A stretch of DNA of 46,826 bases from an uncultured Clostridia bacterium (GCA_905233855.1 CAJOGA010000001.1:1-46826); one strand, 5' to 3'; positions 18,834 to 29,931 are shown, counted from the stretch's first letter. A program made the numbers and translations. Notes: a model not told the origin generated them from the sequence alone.

Positions 18834-19373
18834 TTATTTTTCATACACACTTCTTTTTAAAACGCCTATGTAAGGTAAGTTGCGATATTTTTGAGCATAA
18901 TCCAAGCCGTACCCAACAACAAACTCATTCTCTATGTCAAATCCCTTATAATCGGCTTCTATGACAGACACTCTGCGTGCCGGTTTATTCAGCAGAGAAC
19001 ATATCTTCAAGCTTTCCGGGTTTTGCGAAAGAATAATTTCCTTAAACTTCGACAGGGTAGTACCGGTGTCTATAATATCTTCCACAACAATAATATTCTT
19101 GCCGTTAACATCAAAATTCAAACCGCCTATAATGTCCACTTTTTGGCTTGAAACGGACCCGTTTCCGTAGCTGGACAGGCGTATAAATTCAATGTCAATA
19201 TCAGATGTTAAATGACGGACAAGGTCGGCGGCAAAGATAGCGCTGCCTTTTAAAATGACAACCAACGTTATGGGCCGATTTTCAAAGTCCTTGTTGATAA
19301 CATCCGCCATTTCTTTTACGCGATTTGCAATTTCCTGTTCCGTAAACAATATCTTTTCTAAATCGTTGTGCAT
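18834..19373 (-). CDS. hpt: Hypoxanthine phosphoribosyltransferase
   Basis: ILKGS, VVEDIIDTGTTL and FVVGYGLDYAQKYRNLPYIG. Probable start ATG 19373. Confidence 0.96.
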   Translation of the reverse strand: MHNDLEKILFTEQEIANRVKEMADVINKDFENRPITLVVILKGSAIFAADLVRHLTSDIDIEFIRLSSYGNGSVSSQKVDIIGGLNFDVNGKNIIVVEDIIDTGTTLSKFKEIILSQNPESLKICSLLNKPARRVSVIEADYKGFDIENEFVVGYGLDYAQKYRNLPYIGVLKRSVYEK

Positions 19374-19377
19374 GTGT

Positions 19378-20745
19378 CTATACCTCATTTACTTTTATTT
19401 TTAAATAATTTTTTGTGTTTGAAGTGCAGATATAGTTTCTGTCCGACACACTATTTATAAGACAAATAATATTATCGTTGCTGTCTGTCAATATAAGCTG
19501 GGCATCACGCATTGAAACAGGAATTTTTTTGTCTGTAAAATAGTCGCTGAGTTTTTTTGTGCCATGCATGCCGGGAGGCTGAAATTTATCGCCTGCCCGA
19601 CGTGTGCGTATAAATAAATTTGTTCCGGTTTTATCCGAATCAAAATAATAGACGTGTTTTTCGTTTGTCATTTCGGTTGATGTTTCAAACAACAGTTTTA
19701 ATCCGTTTAAAATATATTCTTTGCCGAACTCTATATTTTGATGTATCGGCTCGGCAGGCAAAACGGATTTGGATATGATCAAATCACCGTATGATATTGC
19801 GGCTTTGATATTACCGGGCATATTTAAGCTTTTGCCTGTGTTTGATTTGTTTATAAAGCTTATTACGGTGTCGGTATGCACCATGCCGACGTGTTTTTCG
19901 CCTGCAAGGCTCTCTAAAATGCGATATATTATACGGCGTTGTAATGCGATATGGTAAGACAAAAGACTCTTGATGTCAATCACATATTCGCTGCCGTTTT
20001 GTTTAACCACGCTGTTATATGCATTATTTGCGGATGTGTTTAAAAAATCGTTTTCCGCAGAAATGATGTCGACATTATTGGTTATGGTTTCTAAGATGTT
20101 TGAATTGTATTCACGCCTGATAAGAGGTATAAGATCAAGTCTCACTTTGTTTCGTTTGTATACGGGGACTAAATTGGTTTCGTCCGTTACGTATGACAAA
20201 TCGTTTTCTTTGCAGAAAAGTTCAATCTCATCACGCGTTAAATTTAATATCGGACGTATTATATTGCCCCGGACTGCAGGTATACCTGACATGCCCTTGA
20301 TGGTAGTTCCCCTTAACAGGTTCATCAGAATTGTTTCTGCGTTGTCGTTTTTGTTGTGTGCCGTGGCAATTTTTGAAAAGTTGTGGGCTTGTAAAAGTTT
20401 GTCAAAGAAATCGTAACGTATTTTACGTCCGGCGTCTTCGTGTGATATATGGTGTTCCAATGCGTAACCTGCAACATCGGCACTCAAATAAAAAAACTCC
20501 AAATCCATATCCTCTGCAAGCTTTTTTGTGAACAGATAATCCCGCTGTGCAGTTTCGTTTCGAAGGTTATGGTTGACATGTGCCACAGCTATGTCAATAT
20601 TGTAGCAATTTTTGAGGGTAAGGAGCATATTCAGCATACAAACGGAATCTGCTCCGCCTGATACGGCTGCAAGCACTTTGTCGCCGTTTTGGATAAGGTT
20701 ATTTTTATCTATAAAACATTTAGCCTTTTGTGTGATTTTGTCCAA
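19378..20745 (-). CDS. tilS: tRNA(Ile)-lysidine synthetase
   Basis: PP-loop AVSGGADS, AHVNHNLR, TAHNKNDNAET, RPIL and RNKVR. Probable TTG start at 20745, just after the dnaB stop. Confidence 0.95.
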   Translation of the reverse strand: MDKITQKAKCFIDKNNLIQNGDKVLAAVSGGADSVCMLNMLLTLKNCYNIDIAVAHVNHNLRNETAQRDYLFTKKLAEDMDLEFFYLSADVAGYALEHHISHEDAGRKIRYDFFDKLLQAHNFSKIATAHNKNDNAETILMNLLRGTTIKGMSGIPAVRGNIIRPILNLTRDEIELFCKENDLSYVTDETNLVPVYKRNKVRLDLIPLIRREYNSNILETITNNVDIISAENDFLNTSANNAYNSVVKQNGSEYVIDIKSLLSYHIALQRRIIYRILESLAGEKHVGMVHTDTVISFINKSNTGKSLNMPGNIKAAISYGDLIISKSVLPAEPIHQNIEFGKEYILNGLKLLFETSTEMTNEKHVYYFDSDKTGTNLFIRTRRAGDKFQPPGMHGTKKLSDYFTDKKIPVSMRDAQLILTDSNDNIICLINSVSDRNYICTSNTKNYLKIKVNEV

Positions 20746-20752
20746 ATCAGTA

Positions 20753-22084
20753 TCACTCTTTTCGTGCGGTGTCAAGGTTTGTGAATTTGGTATATTTGCC
20801 TATCCAGCCAAACTCCAGCTTGCCTGTTTCACCGCTTCGGTGTTTTGCAATATCACATTCAACAATGCCTTTTCTGTCGGTGTCCGGATTATAATAGTCT
20901 TCACGGTATAAGAACATTACAATATCCGCATCCTGCTCTATTGCACCCGATTCACGCAAATCGCTGAGCATAGGGTGCTTGTCGGTTCTGGCTTCGCTTG
21001 CACGGGAAAGCTGCGACAGTGTTACGACAGGCACTTCCAGTTCCTTTGCAAGTATCTTTAAAGAACGTGATATGTCCGATACTTCCTGTTGACGGTTTTC
21101 GGAACGTCTGCTGCCGGACTGCATCAGCTGCAGATAGTCTATCATTATCATGCCCAAGCCGTAACGCTGTTTGATGCGTCGGCATTTTGCACGTATTTCC
21201 GACACCGTGATTGCCGCGGTATCGTCTAAGAATATCGGAGCGGTTGCAATTTTATCAATAACGCCGGATATTTTTATCCAGTCCTCACGAGAAAGCTCGC
21301 CGCTGCGTATTTTATTTGAATCTACCATTGCCTCGCTGCATATGATTCTGTTCGCTAATTCATGTTTGGACATTTCCAAACTGAATATAGCAACCGGCAG
21401 TTTTTCACGCAATGCAACATTTTCGGCGATATTGAGGGCAAAGCTTGTTTTGCCCATACCCGGACGTGCCGCCAAAAGAATGAGGTTGGCACTTTGGAAT
21501 CCGGAGGTTTTTTTGTCAAGCTCGGAAAATCCGGTCGGTGTACCGGTAACGCCCTTTTTGATGGTTGAAAACTCTATCATCTGCTGATACGATTCAAACA
21601 ACACGTCTTTGATATGTACCATAGACTGATTTTCGCGGTTTATATCAAATATAGCTTTTTCAGCCTGCTCAAGTATGTCATACGCATCGTCTGTAGCAGA
21701 GTATGCTAAGTTGGTAACACCTTCTGTTGCCCTTATTATTTTTCTTAAAAGCGACCGTTCTTCGACAATGTGAACATATTCGCCGACGTTGGTGGTGGTG
21801 GGAACAATGCTCGTGAGCATAGACAGATACTCTATACCGCCTACGGCATCAAGCTTTTCTTCTTTGTTCAGACGCTCCGATACAGTTACAACGTCGATGG
21901 GTTCGTTAAGATTGAACATATCAATAACCGCTTCGTAGATATATCTGTTGTGTTCAAAGAAGAAATCGCTGCTTTTTATTTTTTCCGCACAGACGGATAT
22001 ACATTCCGGGTCTATAAGAATACTTCCCAAAACAGCCTGTTCTGCTTCTAAATTATATGGCATTGTTCTTTCTGCAATGTCCAC
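20753..22084 (-). CDS. dnaB: Replicative DNA helicase
   Basis: AEQAVLGSIL, AARPGMGKT, FSLEM, IDYLQL and LSDLRESGAIEQDAD. No intein. Confidence 0.97.
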   Translation of the reverse strand: MDIAERTMPYNLEAEQAVLGSILIDPECISVCAEKIKSSDFFFEHNRYIYEAVIDMFNLNEPIDVVTVSERLNKEEKLDAVGGIEYLSMLTSIVPTTTNVGEYVHIVEERSLLRKIIRATEGVTNLAYSATDDAYDILEQAEKAIFDINRENQSMVHIKDVLFESYQQMIEFSTIKKGVTGTPTGFSELDKKTSGFQSANLILLAARPGMGKTSFALNIAENVALREKLPVAIFSLEMSKHELANRIICSEAMVDSNKIRSGELSREDWIKISGVIDKIATAPIFLDDTAAITVSEIRAKCRRIKQRYGLGMIMIDYLQLMQSGSRRSENRQQEVSDISRSLKILAKELEVPVVTLSQLSRASEARTDKHPMLSDLRESGAIEQDADIVMFLYREDYYNPDTDRKGIVECDIAKHRSGETGKLEFGWIGKYTKFTNLDTARKE

Positions 22085-22118
22085 TTTAAATTCCTCCGAT
22101 ATAATAATCTTTAAAAGT

Positions 22119-22568
22119 CTAATTTGCCGCAGTAACGTTTACCTTTAAAACACCGACAACATCTTTGTGCAGTTTAATATCTATGTTAAAGGTGCCGAGT
22201 GATTTTATTCCGTCCGGCAGATTAAACTTTTTCTTATCAACAACTATGTGATGTTTCATTTTCAATTCTTCGGCAACATCCTTGCTGGTTATTGAGCCGA
22301 ACAATTTACCGTTTTCGCCGGCTTTTGCCGTTAATTCAACTGTTATATCCTTTAATTTATCGGCAAGCACTTTTGCACTTTCAAGCTCTTGCTGTTTTCT
22401 GTATTCTTCGGAGCTTTTTTGTCCTTGCAACATGTTCAGACTGTCTTTTGTTGCTTCAACAGCAAGCTTTTTAGGGAGAAGGAAGTTTCTGGCATAACCG
22501 TCCGAAACCTTGACAACATCGCCTTTTTTGCCCTGACCTTTAACATCTGCCAATAATATAACGTTCAT
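22119..22568 (-). CDS. rplI: 50S ribosomal protein L9
   Basis: MNVILLADVKGQGKKG...GYARNFLLPK and GKLFGSIT. Confidence 0.98.
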   Translation of the reverse strand: MNVILLADVKGQGKKGDVVKVSDGYARNFLLPKKLAVEATKDSLNMLQGQKSSEEYRKQQELESAKVLADKLKDITVELTAKAGENGKLFGSITSKDVAEELKMKHHIVVDKKKFNLPDGIKSLGTFNIDIKLHKDVVGVLKVNVTAAN

Positions 22569-22592
22569 TTTTATGAACCTCCCTTGTGTGGA

Positions 22593-23297
22593 TTAATCTA
22601 CTACAGTTCCTATCTGTTCGCCTGTTAATACTCTGTATATATTTTCCGGATCATGAAGGCCGAATACCAGAAGCGGAATTTTATTGTCCATACATAAAGA
22701 CGTTGCGGTGGAATCCATAACGCCCAAGCCCTTATTCAAAACGTCGATATAGCTTACATGCTCAAACCGTTTTGCATCCGGATTGATATTAGGGTCGGAA
22801 TCGTATACACCATCCACTTTTTTAGCAAGCAAAATAACGTCTGCTTCTATTTCTGCGGCACGCAATGCTGCGGCAGTGTCGGTAGAAAAGAATGGGTTGC
22901 CTGTTCCGCATCCGAATATTACAACTCTGCCACGTTCTAAATGATGAATTGCTCTGCCACGGATATAAGGTTCGGCTATCTGACGCATTTCTATAGCGGT
23001 TTGTACGCGGGTTTGTACACCGTTTGCCTCTAATGCGTCGCTGAGTGCCAGAGCGTTTATAACAGTGGCGAGCATACCCATGTGGTCGGCACGTGTTCTG
23101 TCCATATTTTCGCCTGTTCTGCCACGCCAGAAGTTACCTCCGCCGACAACTACAGCTATTTCAACGCCCAAATCTGCACAACGTTTTATCTGTTTGCTCA
23201 CTTTGTCAAGTGTGTCTGTGCATAAACCGAAACCCTGGTTGCCTGCTAAAGCTTCTCCGCTTATTTTCAACAGTACTCTTTTGTATTTAGCCTGCAT
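22593..23297 (-). CDS. pyrH: UMP kinase
   Basis: [28 protein letters not shown] and [15 protein letters not shown]. Confidence 0.98.
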   Translation of the reverse strand: MQAKYKRVLLKISGEALAGNQGFGLCTDTLDKVSKQIKRCADLGVEIAVVVGGGNFWRGRTGENMDRTRADHMGMLATVINALALSDALEANGVQTRVQTAIEMRQIAEPYIRGRAIHHLERGRVVIFGCGTGNPFFSTDTAAALRAAEIEADVILLAKKVDGVYDSDPNINPDAKRFEHVSYIDVLNKGLGVMDSTATSLCMDNKIPLLVFGLHDPENIYRVLTGEQIGTVVD

Positions 23298-23345
23298 TTT
23301 AAAGTACCTCCGTTAGTATATTTTTAGATAATTGATTGTGATAAC

Positions 23346-23376
23346 AAAAAAAGGAAACACGGAGTGTTTCCTTTTT
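23346..23376 (-). terminator. Intrinsic terminator between tsf and pyrH
   Basis: AAAAAGGAAACAC-gga-GTGTTTCCTTTTT with a T-tract on the minus strand. Confidence 0.75.
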
Positions 23377-23438
23377 CAGAGGATGGAAAATCTTACACCC
23401 TCGACTATTATACTATAACTATTTTTGTTTTGCAATAA

Positions 23439-24347
23439 TTACTTAACCATATTTGCAACTTCTGCAGCAAAATCGTCTTCTCTTTTTTGTATGCCTTCGC
23501 CCTTTTCAAATCTTGTAAATTTTGTTACGCTGATATTTGCGTTAAGAGCAGCAGCCGTTTCTTTGATAAAAGTTTTAACGTTTTTGTCCTGATCTTTGAT
23601 GTACGGCTGTTCAATGAGGCAAACTTCTTTATAGTATTTGTTTATTCTGCCGACAACCATCTTTTCAACGATTGCTTCAGGTTTTCCTTCGTTAAGAGCC
23701 TGTGCTTTAAGGATTTCCTTTTCTTTTTCAAGAACGTCCGCAGGAACCGCAGAAGGATCTAAATATGTTGGCATTGCTGCAGCTATCTGCATTGCAATGT
23801 CTTTTGCGAAAGCTTTGAAAGTTTCGGAAGAGGTATCGGCATCTGTGTCGAACTGAACCATAACGCCGATTCTGCCGCCGCCGTGGATATATGTTTCAAC
23901 AACGCCTTCATATCTTTCAAAACGGCGGATATTCATGTTTTCGCCGATTGTTGAAATCTTTTCTGTGAGCATATCGCTGATTGTGAATTTGTCATTGTCG
24001 ATAAATTTTTCTGCAAGCAATGCTTCAACATTTGCAGGGTTGGTAACTGCTATCTGCTTTGCAACGTTATTTACAAATGTTTTGAATTCTTCGTTCTTTG
24101 CAACAAAGTCTGTTTCCGAGTTTACTTCAACCAAAACAGCAACGCCGTCGTTTGAATATGCGTGCACGATACCTTCTGCAGCAATTCTGCCTGCTTTTTT
24201 TGCAGCTGCAGCCAATCCCTTTTCACGCAAAAACTCTATTGCCTTTTCCATATCGCCGTCGGTAGCTGTGAGTGCTTTTTTGCAATCCATCATACCGCAG
24301 TTTGTTTGCTCTCTTAATTCTTTAACATCTTGTGCTGTAAAAGCCAT
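23439..24347 (-). CDS. tsf: Elongation factor Ts
   Basis: [31 protein letters not shown] and DDFAAEV. Confidence 0.98.
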   Translation of the reverse strand: MAFTAQDVKELREQTNCGMMDCKKALTATDGDMEKAIEFLREKGLAAAAKKAGRIAAEGIVHAYSNDGVAVLVEVNSETDFVAKNEEFKTFVNNVAKQIAVTNPANVEALLAEKFIDNDKFTISDMLTEKISTIGENMNIRRFERYEGVVETYIHGGGRIGVMVQFDTDADTSSETFKAFAKDIAMQIAAAMPTYLDPSAVPADVLEKEKEILKAQALNEGKPEAIVEKMVVGRINKYYKEVCLIEQPYIKDQDKNVKTFIKETAAALNANISVTKFTRFEKGEGIQKREDDFAAEVANMVK

Positions 24348-24385
24348 GTTCATTCTCCTTTATATAAATTATTCCGTTTTGTGTA

Positions 24386-24430
24386 AAAACGGTCTTTGAG
24401 CCGATTAACCAAAGACCAAAAGACCGTTTT
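24386..24430 (-). terminator. Stem-loop between rpsB and tsf
   Basis: AAAACGGTCTTT...AAAGACCGTTTT. An internal second AAAGACC copy allows alternative pairing. Confidence 0.5.
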
Positions 24431-24453
24431 ATAATTTTTTAATTATAGCTTGA

Positions 24454-25197
24454 TTAAGCCTCTTCGTTTGCTGCTTCTTCGGCTTCGTCTGCTTCTTCAG
24501 CCTCGTCCTGACCGCACTGTGAGCCTTCTACGATAGCGTTCGATATTGTTGAAGCAATCAATTTAACCGCTCTTATAGCGTCATCGTTGCCCGGGATAGG
24601 GTAGTCAACCTCTTCAGGGTCGCAGTTTGTGTCAACGATAGCAACAACAGGAATACCGAGTTTTTTAGCTTCTGCTATAGCTATTCTTTCTTTACGCGGG
24701 TCAACTATAAACAAAGCACCGGGGAGCTGATCCATATCTTTTATACCGCCAAGATATTTTTCAAGCTTTTCACGTTCGCCGTTAAGCTTTATAACTTCCT
24801 TTTTAGGCAAAAGATCGAATGTACCGTCTTCTTCCATTTTGTTGAGCTGTTCAAGTCTGTCGATACGTTTTTTGATGGTTTTGAAGTTTGTGAGCATACC
24901 GCCGAGCCATCTTGCATTTACGTAATACATGCCGACTTTTTCAGCTTCTTCTTTAATGGAATCCTGAGCCTGTTTTTTTGTTCCTACGAACAAAACGCTT
25001 TTACCGTCCGCAACAACATCTCTTACAAAATAATAAGCTTCTTCAACCTTTTTAACTGTTTTCTGCAGGTCGATGATATAGATGCCGTTTCTTTCTGTGA
25101 AGATGTATTCAGCCATTTTAGGGTTCCATCTTCTTGTTTGGTGACCGAAATGAACGCCGGCCTCCAAAAGCTGTTTCATTGAGATTACATTTGACAT
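24454..25197 (-). CDS. rpsB: 30S ribosomal protein S2
   Basis: [22 protein letters not shown] and [13 protein letters not shown]. Confidence 0.99.
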   Translation of the reverse strand: MSNVISMKQLLEAGVHFGHQTRRWNPKMAEYIFTERNGIYIIDLQKTVKKVEEAYYFVRDVVADGKSVLFVGTKKQAQDSIKEEAEKVGMYYVNARWLGGMLTNFKTIKKRIDRLEQLNKMEEDGTFDLLPKKEVIKLNGEREKLEKYLGGIKDMDQLPGALFIVDPRKERIAIAEAKKLGIPVVAIVDTNCDPEEVDYPIPGNDDAIRAVKLIASTISNAIVEGSQCGQDEAEEADEAEEAANEEA

Positions 25198-25211
25198 TTT
25201 TTAATACCTCC

Positions 25212-25290
25212 GGTTTTATTCCTCCACCCCTTTCGTTTTATGCAAAACGCATTTAGCGACCGTTTGCACAATCCAAGGGTGTGTATATTT
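25212..25290 (-). promoter_or_regulatory. rpsB (S2) leader, probable autoregulatory RNA
   Basis: ACACACCCTT...AAGGGGTGGAGG outer stem with an inner TGCAAA/TTTGCA stem, the layout typical of Firmicutes rpsB leaders. Confidence 0.7.
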
Positions 25291-25303
25291 AGTACAATTG
25301 CAC

Positions 25304-25332
25304 ATTATAGCACAATGTTTTACAAATTGCAA
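25304..25332 (-). promoter_or_regulatory. SigA promoter of rpsB
   Basis: TTGCAA-N17-TATAAT with an extended TG. Confidence 0.85.
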
Positions 25333-25349
25333 GCATTTATTTTACTGTT

Positions 25350-26531
<1,182 letters not shown>

Positions 26532-26584
26532 ATATTTTTCAAGCCTTTCTGTTAATTTGCTTTATTATTTTTAACCTGAGCAAC

Positions 26585-26614
26585 AAAAAAACTTCTTCCG
26601 CATTCAGAAGAAGT
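26585..26614 (-). terminator. Riboswitch-controlled terminator in the metK leader
   Basis: ACTTCTTC-tgaatgcg-GAAGAAGT followed by a T-tract. Its 5' arm can alternatively pair with the P1 3' strand (AAGAAGAGTAT). Confidence 0.85.
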
Positions 26615-26635
26615 ATCCATATTTTAAATTATACT

Positions 26636-26735
26636 CTTCTTATTGCTGTTAGCGGAACCACCTTACTTGATTATTGCGATGTAGGTTGGTGTGAGGTCAT
26701 CGAGCTAACTCTCTACCTCAACTCATAATAAAAAG
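26636..26735 (-). ncRNA. SAM-I (S-box) riboswitch aptamer, variant lacking P4
   Basis: P1 CTTTTTATT/AATAAGAAG, ATGAG junction, P2 TGAGG/CCTCA with a kink-turn (AGA..GATGA), P3 CCAACCTAC/GTAAGGTGG, and pseudoknot GTTAGC/GCTAAC. Upstream of metK. Confidence 0.88.
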
Positions 26736-26744
26736 CTTGAATAC

Positions 26745-26773
26745 ATAATATAATATTTTTTTGCATATGTCAA
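26745..26773 (-). promoter_or_regulatory. SigA promoter of the metK leader
   Basis: TTGACA-N17-TATTAT immediately upstream of the aptamer. Confidence 0.8.
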
Positions 26774-26831
26774 CAAAAAATTTAACAACATTTTAGCTAA
26801 AGAACAAAATGGTGGCAAATTTGTTTTTTGA

Positions 26832-26861
26832 GTATTTGAAACAGAACTGTTGGACATAATT
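26832..26861 (+). promoter_or_regulatory. Possible SigF/SigG promoter of murA
   Basis: GTATT-N15-GGACATAATT, equivalently GTATT-N18-CATAATT. Confidence 0.4.
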
Positions 26862-26893
26862 AAAACAGATATGTTTACGAGGAGGCAAGATGA

Positions 26894-28144
26894 TTGGGAA
26901 GTATTATTGTCAAAAAATCCGATAATCTTACAGGCGAGGTTGTTATCAGCGGTGCTAAAAATTCGGCTTTGCCTATAATTGCCGCATCCATATTGACAAA
27001 AGGCAAAAACAGGCTGTTATCCGTGCCGATGCTCGGCGATATAACCGTAATGCTGGAAATTTTGAAAAATATGGGTGCGGAGATAGAGTGTGAAAACGGT
27101 GTTGTTATGATTGATGCATCGGTAATAAATAACATTGCTCCGCAATATGAGCTGTCAAACAAACTGCGTGGATCGTTTTTGGTTGCGGGTCCGCTGCTCA
27201 CACGTTTCGGTAAGGCACAGATAAGTATGCCGGGCGGCTGTGCCATAGGCACAAGACCGATAGACCTGCATCTGAAAGGCTTTGCATCTATGGGTGCTCA
27301 GATAAGCAAGGAACACGGATATATAGATATGAGGGCAAAAAAATTACACGGCGGCAAAATATATTTGGATTATCCAAGCGTCGGAGCGACGGAAAATATA
27401 ATGATGGCAGCCGTTTTAGCCGACGGAGAAACTGTGATAGAGAATGCGTCTTTAGAGCCTGAAATTGTGGATCTGGCAAGCTATCTGGTGTCGGCAGGGG
27501 CGAACATATCGGGAGCCGGTACCGATACGGTCAAAATATCCGGTACTGACAGTTTGAACGCCGTATCGCACCGCATAATACCCGACAGGATAGAAGCGGG
27601 TACGTTTATGGTGGCAACTGCTATGACGCATGGGTGCGTCAAAATAAAAAACGTGATTTGCGGACATTTAAAGCCTGTAACGGCAAAGCTGAGAGAGATA
27701 GGGGTGAGCGTTACAGAGGGAGAAGACTATGTATTGGTTGACGCAAGAGGTGCATTACATTCGGCGGATATTAAAACATTGCCGTTCCCGGGTTTCCCGA
27801 CAGACATGCAGGCACAGTTTGCATCGCTTATGAGTTGTACCGAGGGCACAAGCGTTATAATTGAAACTGTGTTTGAAAATAGATTTATGCATATGGCGGA
27901 GCTTAAACGCATGGGTGCAAATATCAAAATAGAAGGACGCACCGCAGTGGTGGAGGGTATGCCGCATCTTACGGGGGCAAAGGTTAAAGCGAGCGATCTC
28001 CGTGCCGGGGCATCGTTGGTACTGGCAGGTCTTATAGCCGACGGGGATACGGAAATAGGCGAAATAGAGCATATAGACAGAGGGTATGAAGATATAGTAG
28101 GCAAGCTTAAAAGCATTGGAGCAAATATAGAGCGAAACGAATAA
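26894..28144 (+). CDS. murA: UDP-N-acetylglucosamine 1-carboxyvinyltransferase
   Basis: SGAKNSALP, PGGCAIGTRPIDLH, SVGATEN, PDRIEAGT, FPTDMQ and DLRAGA. TTG start after GGAGG. Confidence 0.97.
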   Translation: MGSIIVKKSDNLTGEVVISGAKNSALPIIAASILTKGKNRLLSVPMLGDITVMLEILKNMGAEIECENGVVMIDASVINNIAPQYELSNKLRGSFLVAGPLLTRFGKAQISMPGGCAIGTRPIDLHLKGFASMGAQISKEHGYIDMRAKKLHGGKIYLDYPSVGATENIMMAAVLADGETVIENASLEPEIVDLASYLVSAGANISGAGTDTVKISGTDSLNAVSHRIIPDRIEAGTFMVATAMTHGCVKIKNVICGHLKPVTAKLREIGVSVTEGEDYVLVDARGALHSADIKTLPFPGFPTDMQAQFASLMSCTEGTSVIIETVFENRFMHMAELKRMGANIKIEGRTAVVEGMPHLTGAKVKASDLRAGASLVLAGLIADGDTEIGEIEHIDRGYEDIVGKLKSIGANIERNE

Positions 28145-28169
28145 ATGTGAAATCGGAAAAATAAAAGTT

Positions 28170-28230
28170 AAAAGGGCGTGTCTCAACAAGCAAATTTTCG
28201 CTGAATTGAGGCAACGCCCTTGATTTTTTT
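28170..28230. terminator. Bidirectional hairpin between convergent murA and spoVFB
   Basis: AAGGGCGT-GTCTCAA...TTGAGGC-A-ACGCCCTT with a large loop and a T-tract. Confidence 0.6.
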
Positions 28231-28807
28231 ATTTTAAAACAGGCTGCAGCTGACGGCCTTTTAAAGCACTGTCGGCGGCAGGAATTATCAAATTCATCTT
28301 GGCGACCAAAGAATTTGGCTTTTTAACCGAATCGTCCTGACCGAACGGCACAAAAAATATGTTTTTCATATTAAGGAGTGTGCCGATGTTTTTGGCACTG
28401 TTTCCCAAACCGTCGTTGGTAGAAACGGCGATCAGTGTGGGCCTTAAGTTACGCATATGTGCTTTTGCGGCCATGGTAACGCTTGTATCGGTTATACCGT
28501 TTGCCAGCTTTGCCAGAGTGTTGCCCGTGCAAGGTGCAATTATCAATAAATCCAGCAACGCTTTAGGGCCTATCGGTTCGGCATCTTTAACCGAGAAGAT
28601 GACCTTGTTTGACGTGATGTTTTCCAGCTTTTTCACAAAATCTTCCGCTTTGCCGAAACGTGTGTCGGTGAAATATGCGGTGTTGCTCATAATGGGCAAC
28701 ACGTTTGCACCTTCCGCAGCCAATGCCTCAAGTTCTTTTATCACGGAAGCAAATGTGCAGAAGGAGCCTGTCATTGCAAAGCCGATAGTTTTGTCTTTGA
28801 ATATCAA
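28229..28807 (-). CDS. spoVFB: Dipicolinate synthase subunit B
   Basis: GFAMTGSFCT, AEPIGPK, APCTGNTLAKLANGITD and FVPFGQDD. Confidence 0.96.
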   Translation of the reverse strand: MIFKDKTIGFAMTGSFCTFASVIKELEALAAEGANVLPIMSNTAYFTDTRFGKAEDFVKKLENITSNKVIFSVKDAEPIGPKALLDLLIIAPCTGNTLAKLANGITDTSVTMAAKAHMRNLRPTLIAVSTNDGLGNSAKNIGTLLNMKNIFFVPFGQDDSVKKPNSLVAKMNLIIPAADSALKGRQLQPVLK

Positions 28808-29685
28808 ATGTTTGACACCCCCAATTCATGTATCATATTCAGTACGGTGTTTTTAACTATATTTGCCGCTGTAACGGGTGCTGTCTTTCCGGGCAGACCC
28901 AAAGCCCATATCGTCTTTAATCCGAGTTCTGCCGCGGCACGCATATCCACACCGCCCGGCTTTGATGCCAGGTCGATTATCAGAGCGTCTTTATTTACAT
29001 TCTCCAATATACGCCTTTCAAAAATCAATGCCGGCACAGTGTTGAATATAACGTCAAAACCGGATATTTTGTCTTTCATGTCGGTTATATTAATGCCGTC
29101 ATAAGCGTATGCATCCGCCCATGCAATGTCGTGTAAATTTTTCGAGCAAACAGTTACCTTTGCACCTATGCCGTGCAGCATGTGGGATAAAACCTTGCCT
29201 ATTCTGCCGAAACCCATAACAAGACATCTGCTTGAATGAAGCGTTACCGGCAGTTCCGACATTGCAAGTTCTACAGCACCTTCCGCACTTGGTATGGCGT
29301 TAAGTACCGCAAATTCCTCGCGGAGAAAGTAGTCGTTCGGCTGTATGCGGTATTGCTGCATTAATGACGACGTTTTGTTGCTTATTTTTCCTCCGAAAAC
29401 GAATTGTTTTTCATTCACAAGTTTGAAAAGTTCCGATAAGTCAATGCTTATGTCTTTTGCAAGCGGAGCGGATACGGTTGTATCGTCCGAAGTAACCGGC
29501 AACGGCAGAATTATATAATCTGCGTCCTTCACCGAAGAAATAAGGTCAGCACCTTTTGTGCAACCGTTGGCAATATCATCGCCCAACGCAAAGACGGTTA
29601 CGTCAAAGCCGTCGCTTGCCAATGATTTTGCCAACGATAACTGACGCATGTCTCCGCCGATAACTGAAAAATGTTTGTTGTTCAT
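28804..29685 (-). CDS. spoVFA: Dipicolinate synthase subunit A
   Basis: IGGDMRQ, NAIPSAEGA, GFGRIGK, IDLASKPGG and GLPGKTAP. Confidence 0.96.
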   Translation of the reverse strand: MNNKHFSVIGGDMRQLSLAKSLASDGFDVTVFALGDDIANGCTKGADLISSVKDADYIILPLPVTSDDTTVSAPLAKDISIDLSELFKLVNEKQFVFGGKISNKTSSLMQQYRIQPNDYFLREEFAVLNAIPSAEGAVELAMSELPVTLHSSRCLVMGFGRIGKVLSHMLHGIGAKVTVCSKNLHDIAWADAYAYDGINITDMKDKISGFDVIFNTVPALIFERRILENVNKDALIIDLASKPGGVDMRAAAELGLKTIWALGLPGKTAPVTAANIVKNTVLNMIHELGVSNI

Positions 29686-29746
29686 AACCGCCACTCCCGA
29701 TATTTAAATATTTGCAGGTGTTTATTCTTTAACCCGCCTGCTCTAT

Positions 29747-29775
29747 CATTTTATGAAGACGTTACATTCTTTGTG
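29747..29775 (-). promoter_or_regulatory. SigK promoter of spoVFAB
   Basis: CACA-N16-CATAAAATG matches the SigK consensus; spoVF is SigK-dependent in B. subtilis. Confidence 0.7.
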
Positions 29776-29864
29776 CGTCGTTTTTTGATTTTTTGATATT
29801 GAGGTTTTTGTCAAAATTTCATAAATAACGTGTGGAAATATTGCAATTTTAGACAGCTAAACGG

Positions 29865-29893
29865 TTGACAAATATTTGCGGATTGTATACAAT
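29865..29893 (+). promoter_or_regulatory. SigA promoter of the aconitase operon with an overlapping palindromic operator
   Basis: TTGACA-N17-TACAAT; perfect palindrome ATTGTATACAAT at 29882-29893. Confidence 0.8.
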
Positions 29894-29931
29894 AATACAA
29901 TAGTAAAATATAATGCGGAGGTATACGATTA

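Noticed and set aside
20753-22084. Possible intein in DnaB
   Set aside because: The length (443 aa) is normal and the motifs are contiguous.
22587-22595. DnaA-box-like TAATCCACA at the pyrH-rplI junction
   Set aside because: A single copy with one mismatch; expected by chance, with no box cluster or unwinding element.
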